Source: Streblomastix strix
Lineage: Eukaryota
NCBI GenBank assembly: GCA_008636045.1
Contig: SNRW01000001.1
Span: 1 to 64,000, forward strand
Length of the DNA: 64,000 nt
Reading direction: 5' to 3'
Below the pieces are notes generated by a model. That model saw nothing but the letters and a program-made list of their open reading frames with translations. It was not told the origin of the DNA and ran no database searches. Every line of letters starts with the position of its first letter. Position 1 is the first letter of the stretch. Below are positions 53,212 through 64,000 of the stretch, one piece after another. A program made the position numbers and the translations under genes.

Positions 53212-56200
53212 TCATTTAATAAAAAATCTATCAGCTTTAATTCCATATATGAACGGCAAGCATGATTGTTTATGTAATACTATCATTTTCGTCATCGACC
53301 CAGTTATTGCATTTCTACTCATCTGAAGTCGCGACATAATGCCATTCCTCTATGCTAGTGTTGTGTTTACCGCAGTTGTTACTGTTCCATTATTAATGCA
53401 ATCCACAAACTTTTGTTCATTAATCTATGGGTTTTGATTCAAAATAATACCCTTCAAAACTATCTCATTATTAATAATATAATTTTTAGGTGATAGAGCT
53501 ATATAATTCAATCCATATTTTTCGATTCCTATATTTAATATCTATTTTTATCCGTTATCAGTATACACACAATCCTTATAAGTGTCAAAGAACCCCTAGT
53601 CCTTGATGACTTCTTCAAATAGTTGATCTGGACCTCTATTTTGATTGCCACTAATTGCACATGTCAAACTATCTGTATTATATTAAACGAAGTGCATCCT
53701 ACTCATGTCGTACGCTTTATACATAAAATTATATATGAAATTAACGTAGCAAAATTTTGCAGAATCAAGTACGAAGTAAGCAACTTATAAACATGTATTG
53801 CAACGACAGTTTTTCCTATCCACTTATACAGCGTATAGATCTTCATTTAATTCGGTCGAATGAATGAATCCACCCAACATATGTTATATGAATGTTTTAT
53901 TTGCAGAGAGTAATCTTGTATTAGAATACTTTTCACTATTCAACGCATCGCCTCCAAATGCTGAATTTAATATCAACTTACAGAATTATCTTAGTCCTTC
54001 ATTTTTAGCATCTTTCGCTTACTATCGAAGATTCATAAATTACTTTACAAATAAATTGAAATTAGTGTGTTTCATAAATGTTGTAACACTAACTATATCA
54101 TCTATTATGAAATGACATGTATCCATTAGTATCCATAAATAATAATTGTTGAATGACATTACTTCATTATTTGTATCTACTAAATTTGTTAATTTTCGTT
54201 CTGTTTTAACATGCGGAAGTTAGTGATCGACTAGATGATTATATATAAAACTCTCCAATTGTCTCTTTATTAGTTGTGATTTCAATATTTCTTAGAATTG
54301 GACCCCAATTAATCACTACATTAATATATCTTTCATCAGTGTGACCTCTAACTTCAGCAACAAATAATAACATTTTATCGACTACTAATGGATCATTAGA
54401 GAACCTACTAGTGTCATATATTAGTGTTTTACATCGATTTTGATCAGTAATCTTTTCAATAAGTTATGCAGGCATATATATTATATGATTTGTGTATGGA
54501 TTTAAGGCATTCGGTTCACTGCTCATAACACTAGGATATTAGCTATGAAAATCTAACTAAACTACATGAGTCATCACATTATCTGAATATATTGAATACA
54601 TACATTTATTTTTTTAATCAAATTCGAAATGATTAATTCTAGGTTCTCCTGCAATATTATATCTATGCATCACATTTGATATACCTCCAGTGATTCCTTT
54701 ACGCAATAATTGATATCCTTCATCACTCGTTAATGTCATGGGTAATTATTTAAATAACGCATATTTCTTTAACTATACCATTTGTTTCATCTAGTTTTCA
54801 TCACGAATAGCTTTACATACATTGCAGTACAAACAGCATGGAAGTACGTTATCTTTTGAGTGTCCTTTACTATTATCTATTCTATCTAATGTGGGCCTAT
54901 TTTTCCATGTGAATCGTGCATCAAATATGTGGCATCGTTAATTCTTGAATATTTCTTTAAAATAATCATAATCATCAATTGTTACATTATTGCTTGAATT
55001 TCTATTCATTTTATTATCTTATTCAATATAGCTTTCCACTTTTGCTCTCCAATAATTCTATGTGATATCGATCAATTTGTCAGTTGATTCATAATTGTAA
55101 TTACCTTTTATATCAAAATCACTATAACATATAGCATATTTGATCGCATTAGCGCATTGTGACATAGATATATTAGGTAGCATATCAACCTTGTATTTGA
55201 ACATTAACTCAATCAAGTAATCTATAGGTTCAATAAGAACTCTAGTATCTAATATATTGTAGTGCTTCAAGTAATCCCATCATGTTTTGTGCTTTGCTGC
55301 TTCGACTAGGTACTCTTTGTACTTTACTTCATTAAGTTTCTTATTTCGTAATTTATTATCAAATGTTTCGATCGGAAATGGTTCAATTTTATTCAGTTCA
55401 TTCATGTAATTATTAGTGTTTATGAATTCATGAGGAAATCTACCATTTTTATAAGTCCCATTTCCAAAATCTCTTACAGCATCCTTTAATTTATTTTACA
55501 TAGAATAGATCTTAAAATCAACGAATCTCAAATGAATGCTTGAAGACTAATGCTTCACAATTATCTATTTTGCGATTGTGCTTGATCCCAAATACTTAGA
55601 GATAGGCCAATTCTTTGATTTCAAATTCTTAAACAACACTGACGCATCAAATTTTGCTTAATTGAACCCAATTACAGGTAATTCAAAATATTATGGGATT
55701 GTTTCATCTATATATTTATTATCTTTCTTAACTTATTTCGCTTCTTCAAATAGCTATTCTAACCACTTATCTAAGAAATCATCTGTTCGAATATCGTAAT
55801 AAAATGAATGGATATCGCTAGCAAATTTGACAGTTGAATCAATAGCGTATGGAATTAGAATTGCAGTAACTTATGAACTATCACCGAATTTTTCATTAAC
55901 TTTATTTTCTAATGTTTCAATATCATATGTTATGTAATATCTTGTAGGCTTGAAAAAATGAGTTAGATTGTTCGCTAATAGATACTTATAAGTCTTGTTA
56001 GATAAAATATGAGGAACAAACGGTTTTGCAAACTTCTCTAAGATGACTTTCTTAACTATTTTTCCATCATTCTTTTGACATTTTTTCATATGATTTCTCA
56101 TCTGTACTTATAGATTTTTATCATTTATTCTGAATGCTTACCTATGGCATATATTACAGTAACGAAATCCAGTTAATGCTTCTACATCAGATATATACAT

Positions 56201-57715
56201 AATGTGAGCATTAATTCCATCATTAATGAATAAGATATTGAAGTGCTTATCCAAATCATTAGCAGTATAATTTTATGTTAATTCATAATGTTGTGGATTG
56301 TCTTCAAACGTATGCATGTGCACGTTAACCTGTTCTTTTTTAATGAAGTTATCAATATCTCCTACGAAATCGAATCCTTAATAATTATCTTGAAACCCCA
56401 CTCCATTTACTCTTGAAAATATACGCTTAGCTTCTGCGATTCTAGAACAATCCATCCAACGTTTATCCTTTGAATTAGGCATTGTGATGAATGAATACGC
56501 TGTCCAGAAACATAGATTCACCTTATAATCTACATAATAAATCTCTTTTCGTTTAATATGCTACTTTAATGATGGAATAGCCGCACCTGCTAATGGATAT
56601 CGAAAAATAAAGAGCATTATTTAGAATATTGATACTATTTTTTCATGAGTATCTGTGTTAGTTCTCTCTTACATGGTTCCTATAACTGTTCGAAGATACT
56701 ACTTGTACATATTAATGTTATCTCTAGATCGTATTTCTAATGGAGCTCTTCTTTCTGAACTTGCATCTACTAGAAATATATATTTGTATTTAATTGTTTA
56801 ATCTTCATTATTACCATTAACACTTTCAATTAACACACCAAAATCAACAGCTAGTTTAAACACATTACCTTTTTCTTTATCATATACGGAGTCCAAGTAT
56901 TTATCTAAATCGGCTAATGAAGCAATATTACTATAGTATTATTTTGTTGGTTTGATTTAATTAGTTGATGATAAATTATACGATTTGTATGAAAGAGTGC
57001 CTGTTTCTTTATTGTATCGATTTAATGCAATATTCTTAATCCTACTGAATTTCGCTTCATTCTATATGTCACATAGCATAATCACATCATTATCCGTATT
57101 TAGATGATGATACACATATTATTCATGAGTTCTAATGTAATCGCTAATTTCTTATTAGTCTGTTTCGAATAGTATATCGATGTTCATATCCTCCACATTA
57201 TGAAATTCATCTAACAATGATGCTTATCTTGCTTATCTATCTTCATCTTATTTTCTCCTACGTTCTTCTATCTTTTATGCTCTTAATTAATGCTGCTATT
57301 ATTTATATCGTTCTAGATCGAAAATATCATCTTCATCTAATTGTTCTGGATCGAACTCTTCTCGTAATTCTTTTATGTCTAATTCACGTTATTTTTATAA
57401 TTATTCTTATTCCTTTTATATCTATTCTTCTCGTATTAACCGTTATTATTCCCGTTAATTGAACCATTTTCGAACACGATTTTATATAACAGTTGCTGCT
57501 TTGGATTGTTCCATATATATATTACGTGAAACTACTGCATTGATCGCTTATTCCACAGCATTAACGTTATTACGTTAACCATAGAATCCGATCTTTGTCA
57601 GTATAGAACTTAGCGCTGATCTCTTCATATTATTACTCGCATTTATGTCTGTATTTGGATCGTATAATTAGAGTAATCGATTAACGTCTGCAATTGATAT
57701 CTTTATTCAAGTCAT
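53212..57715 (-). pseudogene. Protein-primed family B DNA polymerase (~1500 aa) with long N-terminal extension
   Basis: Exo I YITYDIET, Exo II VIGFNQAKFD, KNGRFPHEF, YLKHYNILDT; LRKGITGG; motif A SLDFHSQYPSVM; motif B KLILNSAFG; motif C QYNTDS; ALSPKNY, LKG. TGA at codon 3 and a +1 frameshift near 54245. Confidence 0.92.
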
Positions 57716-57744
57716 TTCGTTGATTCAAAAATAAATTGTCATAT

Positions 57745-58663
57745 GATTGATTATTTTCAATCCTATTACATCGCTCCTTATCTTCTTCCAGCTTCATTTA
57801 TGGCTGCAGGTGCAACTTAATTATATATACGATCAATTTCGGTTGCAAATGCTTCTTCATCAGTGTTAGTTTATGTAAAATATGCCTATGCAATTTATTT
57901 CTTAAATGCAATTGCACCTTATTTTATATATCATTATTTTCCCAATTTTATTGTGGATCAATTATCTATAAGATTTCTCTTACAACTTCTCTCCATGTAG
58001 CTTATGCAGCAGTAACATACTAGCCTCCCCCCCATTTTTCTATTTCATTTGTTTTTCTAAATTCTTAAGCAATTGTAGGAATGTAAGTAGCCAAGAAATG
58101 ATTTCTTGGAACTAATTATTAGAATTATTTCATTTTATAAGAGCCATTTTTATGTTATGCTCCAACTGGAACTTCCTTACCTTACATAAAATTGAAGAAT
58201 TTATTATTGTTACGTTATCTTTTGGTACACCAGCTATATATTATTCTCGATATTTATCATATTTACTTTCATCTTTTGGAATGTATCCTCCGATTGAATA
58301 TAACTTTCCTTTATTGGTATGAACAGTTGCGAATTCAGGTAATGGACCTTATCCATCTGGATCAACCATCCGCATAGTATATCCTTGCATGCCTTTTTTA
58401 CCAGAAATATATGCTTCACCTGAAGGAATAGTTCTCAATTCTTAATTATATTTCATATCTTTATGCAGGTTTTGTTTATTATTTAGTATACCAATTAATG
58501 CTTATAGTTATTTTGCATTTATTCCTGTTGTATGTTTAATACGACTTTCAGCAAGCTTCTATTTTCTAACATTTTTCTTGTTTAGTTATTCTTCGGATAA
58601 TGGAGTTTATTTTTTCAGCAAATATTACGCGAATCTTGAAAGTTACGGTTATGCTTCAGCCAT
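57745..58663 (-). pseudogene. Hypothetical viral protein (~300 aa), frameshifted
   Basis: MAEAQPQLSRFAQYLLKK...MVDPDGQGPLPEFATVHTNKGKLYSIGGYIPK; coding-like sequence continues in shifted frames. Confidence 0.4.
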
Positions 58664-58669
58664 GTTTTG

Positions 58670-59045
58670 GTTTTGAGTAAAAGTTGGTTATCGTATTTAT
58701 TCTATTGCATATTCTCTTTATTAATCTATTGGTTACTCTTGTGGTTACTTTTATATGTTCCTAAACTGATTATTCAATTATTGATCTAATAGTTTATGGC
58801 GCTTCCGCTATAGTTCTTTATTCAATTTAATCAGCTAAATTCCAATATTTTTCTTAAATTCATCGAAATGCTTATGCTGTTTCGTTCAATATAGTTAATT
58901 ATTCTTATTATCTTTAACGACCTTTATGTTTATGCTAATTGTATATTTGTTCTTCTGCATTACGTAATTCATTAAAGAATTCATCATTATCGCTTGCAAT
59001 TTACCGAATATCTCTAATTTCATTGTTTAACTCTTCTGCACTCAC
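58670..59045 (-). pseudogene. Degenerate small coiled-coil ORF
   Basis: SAEELNNEIRDIRQIASDNDEFFNELRNAEEQIY... with an in-frame TGA and no ATG start. Confidence 0.3.
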
Positions 59046-59096
59046 TTGTTAATAACAAAACGTTCATAAGTGATTGAAATAATTAATAATAACCAA

Positions 59097-59870
59097 ATGT
59101 CTTTAACTAGTTACGTGAATCAATTACTTAGTAAACAGAAAACTAATAAACATGAAGTATAATCTATGATTCATAAAGAGCTCAATTTCTCATATAATTC
59201 TATCAATCTTCTTATAGGATAGCGAGGAAACGGTAGTTCATATAACATATTCAAAGAGCTAATCAAATTGAGTTGGTTACCTAATTAGTGTTACACGTTA
59301 TTCATATATGTTATTGATAGCAATAATGATATCACATATATGATGATGAAAGATTTAATAACTATTTCAACAAAAATAGTACCATATTCAGAAGTGAATG
59401 AAACATTAGATGAACTGATTGAATGTAAGAAAGCGTATGATGAACTAAATGAATATAAGTTAGAGAAATAAATGAAAGAAGAATCTAAAATAGCTATATT
59501 ATCTCACATTGGAGCAAAGGATTTTTCTATCAAATTTCCACATACAATAGTGTTGTTCGATGATGCAATGAGTATATTCAAAAATAAGAACAATCCACTA
59601 TACAAGAAGTTATTCAAAAATAGATAGCCAAGAATTACTTATTTCCTATGTTTGCAAGATATTATTGGGTTAGATGCTAGCATTAAATCAAACGTTGATA
59701 CTGTATATTTTTTTGGCGGATTCAATAGATAAAAATTCAATTTATTCTTCTATCAATCATCGCTACTGTTGGATAAAGAAACATTATGGAATGAATATGT
59801 GTAATTAGGTAAATGAGAAGCATTATTGGTATAATATAGTAATGATATAATTATTGTACGAGTTATTTGA
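59097..59870 (+). pseudogene. A32/FtsK-like genome-packaging ATPase
   Basis: Walker A-like LLIGQRGNGSS (Lys lost), Walker B IVLFDDA, KNRQPRITYFLCLQ and IKSNVD motifs typical of A32 ATPases; 258 codons with an in-frame TGA at 59814. Confidence 0.85.
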
Positions 59871-60275
59871 TCAATGAACGTATTCATCATTTTAGTAGGA
59901 AATTGATTGTTATTTTTATTCAAAGAAGCTTAGTAAAAACATTAATTTACCATTGATTTCTTTGATCGATTCTTATATGTTAGTTAATTCATTTTATTCC
60001 GATTATTTATGTTTGGATTATTTTAATGCTATTTATTCATTCTAACGTGTGAAGATATATCCTTCAACTTTATATAATTTATTTAATCTAATAGATGGCA
60101 TCTTATCTATTGTTTCTTTGTTAGCTGCGTAATATTAATGGAATTCGTCAGTCGAATCAAACGTTAATGGTTATGCATCAGTTTTATTGATAATTTTTAG
60201 TTCAGATAATGCTTAGATTTTATCCTTAGATTTATTGTTCTTAATTAGCTTACTATCAAACAACACACGATACAT
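59871..60275 (-). CDS. Small conserved viral hypothetical protein (ORF-X), copy B
   Basis: Open 134-aa frame; its stop abuts the ATPase stop (TGATCA); homologous to 43554-43910. Confidence 0.6.
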
Positions 60276-60299
60276 TTCAATTTAACAAAAATAAATTAG

Positions 60300-61191
60300 C
60301 CGAGCTATCAATGTGCTCTCGATGAATTAATAATAGCTTATTTTGATCAATAATTTAATCTAATTAGTTTTCTTAGAATGTGTAATGAGTCAACCATATT
60401 TTCACGTCTTATCTTTATTATAAAACTTCTTTAATCTTTTCATTAATTGTCATAGCAATTGGTAAGTTATCAATAAATAATAATGATTCACGAAGATATC
60501 GTTCTTTTTTTGCGGGACATAGATTTTTTCTATTAATTCTTCTAACTCGTATTGTTATTTGATCTTCATGTTAGTCTTCATGTTATTAATCTTCACTAAC
60601 CTCTTCAACTATCAAGATATATATTTTTTCTTTACCATTTGGAACAGCTCTTGGAGCTAATTATCGAACTTATTAATTCAAATCAGTTATTCTATCCGAT
60701 AATGTATCAGTAACTTCATTAATAACGTTATGGAATTGATCTGCGATTGCCTATGTTTTATCAGCATCATGTTCTGCAATAGTTGTTTCGTTAATTTTGT
60801 CCATAATATCAGTTACAATATCAAGATATTTGATAGATGTCTTCATTCAAATTATGCTAATTAATTTTTTATATATATATGTTCCTCTGACTTCTTTAAT
60901 ATATTCATTAATCAACTAATATTCAAGTTAGGGGGGCTGGTCCTTTTTGGACGCAGCCGATTTGTCTTGGATAAATTTCTTATATTCCCTATACATCTAA
61001 GTTACCATTATTTTCTTCAATTATTTGTTAGTATTCTCTTACTCATTAATCAATTGAACTAGTTTGGTAGCGTTAACATAACCATCAATATCTCTTATCA
61101 ATATTTCGAAACCATTATAAGATCCAATTGTAAAGCTCTCGTTGTTCGAAGTTATTTTGCACAATTCGGGTGTTGCTGTTTCTGTAGTCAT
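60300..61191 (-). pseudogene. KilA-N domain protein, copy B
   Basis: ILIRDIDGYVNATKLV, VRGTYIYKKLI; one TGA where copy A has Cys; C-terminal LAPRAVPNGKE. 3' end approximate. Confidence 0.8.
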
Positions 61192-61265
61192 TTCTGATTA
61201 GTAAAAGAGTTTGGTTAGTAAATTGAAACTAATGATTATTAGTTAATATACAAAAATAATCTCAA

Positions 61266-61658
61266 TCAATATACAAGCATTAAATCAAGTACGAATTTTA
61301 TATCTGTTTATTTTACATTCTAATTCATATTATTCTTGAACCAAATCAACATACTTCGTTAATGATTCATTTATTAAAATTCATTAATTGTTCTAATTTC
61401 ATTACAAAAACCTACAAAACTATCGTAATATTATTCTTATTATACTAACGATGAGTGAATGGATACAATATCTGGAGTATTAAGTATCTTGTATTACAAG
61501 AATATTATTTTTCGCTCATTGTTTGAATTAACAAAATCAAAGGGTAGCTGAACTCGATATTTCCCTTCATCATATATGCAATCATCCTACATTATCATAA
61601 AGTGTTTTACATTCTGAGCTGAAGTCCTATCATTAATTATCGCACGATTATAAGCCAT
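61266..61658 (-). CDS. Small minor capsid (penton-like) protein, copy B
   Basis: Open 130-aa beta-rich frame: LPFDFVNSNNERKIIF, SIHSSLVQQEQYYDSFVGFCNE, IWFKN, KFVLDLMLVY*; directly downstream of the MCP gene. Confidence 0.6.
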
Positions 61659-61687
61659 TTTATTACAGAAATAATATTCCATCAGTA

Positions 61688-63410
61688 TCAAGCAGTTACT
61701 AATCCAATAACCTAATTAAATGAATGAGTTGTATCATATATGCAAGATCTTCCATCTCTAGGACTGAATAGCCAGAAATTATCGTGAACTGTGCACAAAA
61801 TTGGAGGAGGTGGATGTTTTCCATTAGTATCAACATTATAGTAGGTATCAATTGCACCTTAGTATAGTGGTTATCCTCTTAGTTCAATTGAAGCATTTTA
61901 GTTCTGGGTGTCTAATCCATCAAATGTTAATGCATTATTGCTATTACGTTCACATTAAAGAATGATGAAAAATGATGTATAATCAGTTACAGAATTATAT
62001 TTTCTAGTTGAATTTCCTGTTGGAGTTGTTAATGAATCTTCATATTCATCTGTAGCTTCGAATATATTATCGAGATTATTTGCAGTTATCTATATTGTGA
62101 AGAATTATTCATTAAGTGTATTCATGGGAAAATCTGGGAAATTTCTACTTAAAGTAGACAATTACATATTTTAATAACATGAATTTTCGAAGCAAGTAGT
62201 TTGTCTAGCGTCCTTAGGAAATAGTAAGCACATATCAGTAACGTGAGATAGCGGTATATTTTATAAAGCACATAATCCAGTAAGAGTAGCACCACTTGGA
62301 AATGCCCATGTTTCAATACATTATGCAGGTACGATAAATGGACACGATGAATAAAATTATCGTACACGATTAAGACATTCTTGTGAAGCTTTATATACAC
62401 ACATATTTGCAACAGCTGCAGTAATGATATAGTTTCTTAAAGAAATTGTTACTGGTTTGATATCATATACAAGATTCTTCAACCCTGATGGAGTTAGTTC
62501 TTCAGCACGTACTCCAGTAATCAAATCAGCAGTGCATCCAATTTATGTGAACATATTTGTGTATTAGAATGTGAGAGACCAATTACGGAAAAATAGATCA
62601 ATATCCCTAAGCTTATCTTGACCTGAGCTCAATAATTCATCTTTATTAATTGTATAATATCTAGTCATCGAAACTACTGGATCAATTTGGTAGAATATGA
62701 ATGCGTTTGGATTAATTTTGAATTTAATTTTAATATCACCAAACAGACTATTAGGATATTCAGAGAATGCTGAGAAAATGAGTAAATCATCAAGAGGAAT
62801 TGAAACAGAGAAATTAACTGGCATAACATATGGTGCAGCAGTTTGTGGAGCAAGTGCATCTGAAATATCCTTGATTCTAAGATATTTTCCACAATGTGAT
62901 ACATCATCTTTACGTACATTTTCATAGAGTAAATGAACTATTCTATTATTATTTTTCTCTGATTTGGGTTTAATAGTATTATAGATAAATTATTCGGTGG
63001 TAGAATCATTCTGAAGAGATCCATCGATTGTCTTTCCTCGATGATATAGAGTATATTCGCGAATTAGTTATGCAGATGATTTTAGTCCAACAAATATAAA
63101 TGTTCCAGCTCTATAAGATTCGCTAAATTAATCAAATTTATTATCGAACAATAGATTCATTGTAAAATCAAGAGTAATGAATGAATTTTATATCTATGTT
63201 ACGTCATGATCTGGATCGGTCAAACTGATAATAACTTCCTTGTCAAATAATGATGGCATTTATGATTCTGGCCTGATCTCTTTGATTGAAAAATGGTGTT
63301 GTCTATCATTCTAAAATGGTAGAATTGCGAAGGTCTTTAACAAATTCTCGATTGTTTCCAGATTTTGTTGTGTTGTTAGGCACACGTGTCTTCATAAGTT
63401 GGCGATTCAT
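61688..63410 (-). pseudogene. Major capsid protein (putative double jelly-roll), copy B
   Basis: ~573 codons, open apart from a 1-nt frameshift near 63380; FVGLKSSAQLIREYTLYHRG, IPLDDLLIFSAFSEYPNSLFGDIKIKFKINP, FPDFPMNT, LTFDGLDT, PPPILCTVHD. Confidence 0.75.
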
Positions 63411-63463
63411 GTTTAATTCTGTAAAATAAATCTGATTATATAATAGTTAATACGAATAGTGAT

Positions 63464-63793
63464 TCACTGAAATTCATTTCCAAGTAGTTATATCCGTTTA
63501 CTAATTACATCAATTGGAACATTTTTCCTTAAGTAATTGTCTTATTGGAATGTCTTAAAATCCTATCTGAATTGTTATTTTGATTATTATTTATTAGGTC
63601 CAAATAAAGCATCTACGGCTGATGATCCTACACTAATTCCTTTCGCTACCATACTTCCTGCTGGTCCCAAAGATGATAGAAGTGCATTAATTATGGGCAT
63701 TATTGGCTTGACTATTTTATCATTCATCCAATAGACTCCTTTACCAACAACTGAGATTAATTTTTTAAGCTTGCTGAGTATTCCCGGCGCCAT
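63464..63793 (-). CDS. Small amphipathic Gly/Ala-rich virion protein (lytic-peptide-like), copy B
   Basis: Intact 109 aa: MAPGILSKLKKLISVVGKGVYWMNDKIVKPIMPIINALLSSLGPAGSMVAKGISVGSSAVDALFG...QFRQDF...YLRKNVPIDVISKRIQL. Confidence 0.7.
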
Positions 63794-63825
63794 GATTTTA
63801 AACCGCAAAAATAAACGTAATCGCA

Positions 63826-64000
63826 TCAAATTATCAAATCATTGTCTAATAAGTGGTACATTCCACTAGCGCAATATTTATAAATATCAGTTGATGATTC
63901 AAGAATAACTTCTTGAACATTTTGCAAAAAGCAATATAACATTTTATAATATTAATTGAATCCGAAATAACACATATCTAACCAATTTATATATCCACCA
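63826..64000 (-). CDS. 3' end of putative fiber/spike gene, copy B (begins beyond the window)
   Basis: GGYINWLDMCYFGFNQYYKMLYCFLQNVQEVILESSTDIYKYCASGMYHL aligns with the C-terminus of 37921-38847. Confidence 0.5.

Larger units (their letters stand above)
37900..64000. mobile_element. Endogenous Polinton/Maverick-like (Preplasmiviricota) virus region, probably two degenerate elements (A ~37.9-43.9 kb; B ~45-64 kb, continuing past the window)
   Basis: Intronless, compact genes for pPolB, rve integrase, A32-like ATPase, major capsid-like protein (two copies), penton-like protein, Prim-Pol/SF3 helicase, KilA-N and HNH. Termini were not identified. Confidence 0.85.

Noticed and set aside
37900..64000. 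Modules A and B as the terminal inverted repeats of a single element
   Set aside because: They are too diverged at DNA and protein level for TIRs, and no Polinton-type terminus or target-site duplication was identified by eye.
1..64000. tRNA or rRNA genes
   Set aside because: No cloverleaf or rRNA-like conserved segment was recognised by eye; a tRNAscan-SE/Infernal run would be needed to exclude them.

Overview
AT-rich eukaryotic genomic DNA that uses a non-canonical code: TAA/TAG read as Gln and only TGA stops, so the supplied standard-code ORF track is fragmented and largely misleading. The host is a flagellated, intron-rich protist. An oxymonad such as Streblomastix is my best inference, but the sequence alone does not prove it. 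Positions 1-37.3 kb hold eight spliced host genes: a NEK-like pseudokinase with ARM-like repeats, two multi-pass membrane TPR proteins ending in hemerythrin domains, an ARM-like protein, a divergent TFIIB-family protein, Dbp5/DDX19, IFT80 and a coiled-coil/ARM protein. From ~37.9 kb to the right edge lies an intronless, mostly pseudogenised endogenous Polinton/Maverick-like virus region written in the host code. It encodes a protein-primed PolB, a Prim-Pol/SF3 helicase, a retroviral-type integrase, an A32-like packaging ATPase, an HNH endonuclease and an AT-hook protein. It also carries two divergent, oppositely oriented copies of a six-gene virion module (fiber-like, amphipathic 'lytic-like', major capsid, small penton-like, KilA-N, ORF-X). 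In copy A the lytic-like gene is inverted between ~160-bp inverted repeats that are missing from copy B. Those repeats belong to a bipartite family (9-bp iteron array plus GCCA triplet) that also brackets another small gene and flanks the primase-helicase gene. A TA-flanked 463-bp MITE and a DIRS-like RT fragment are inserted in the viral region. All translations and alignments were done by eye; exon boundaries and pseudogene ends are approximate.
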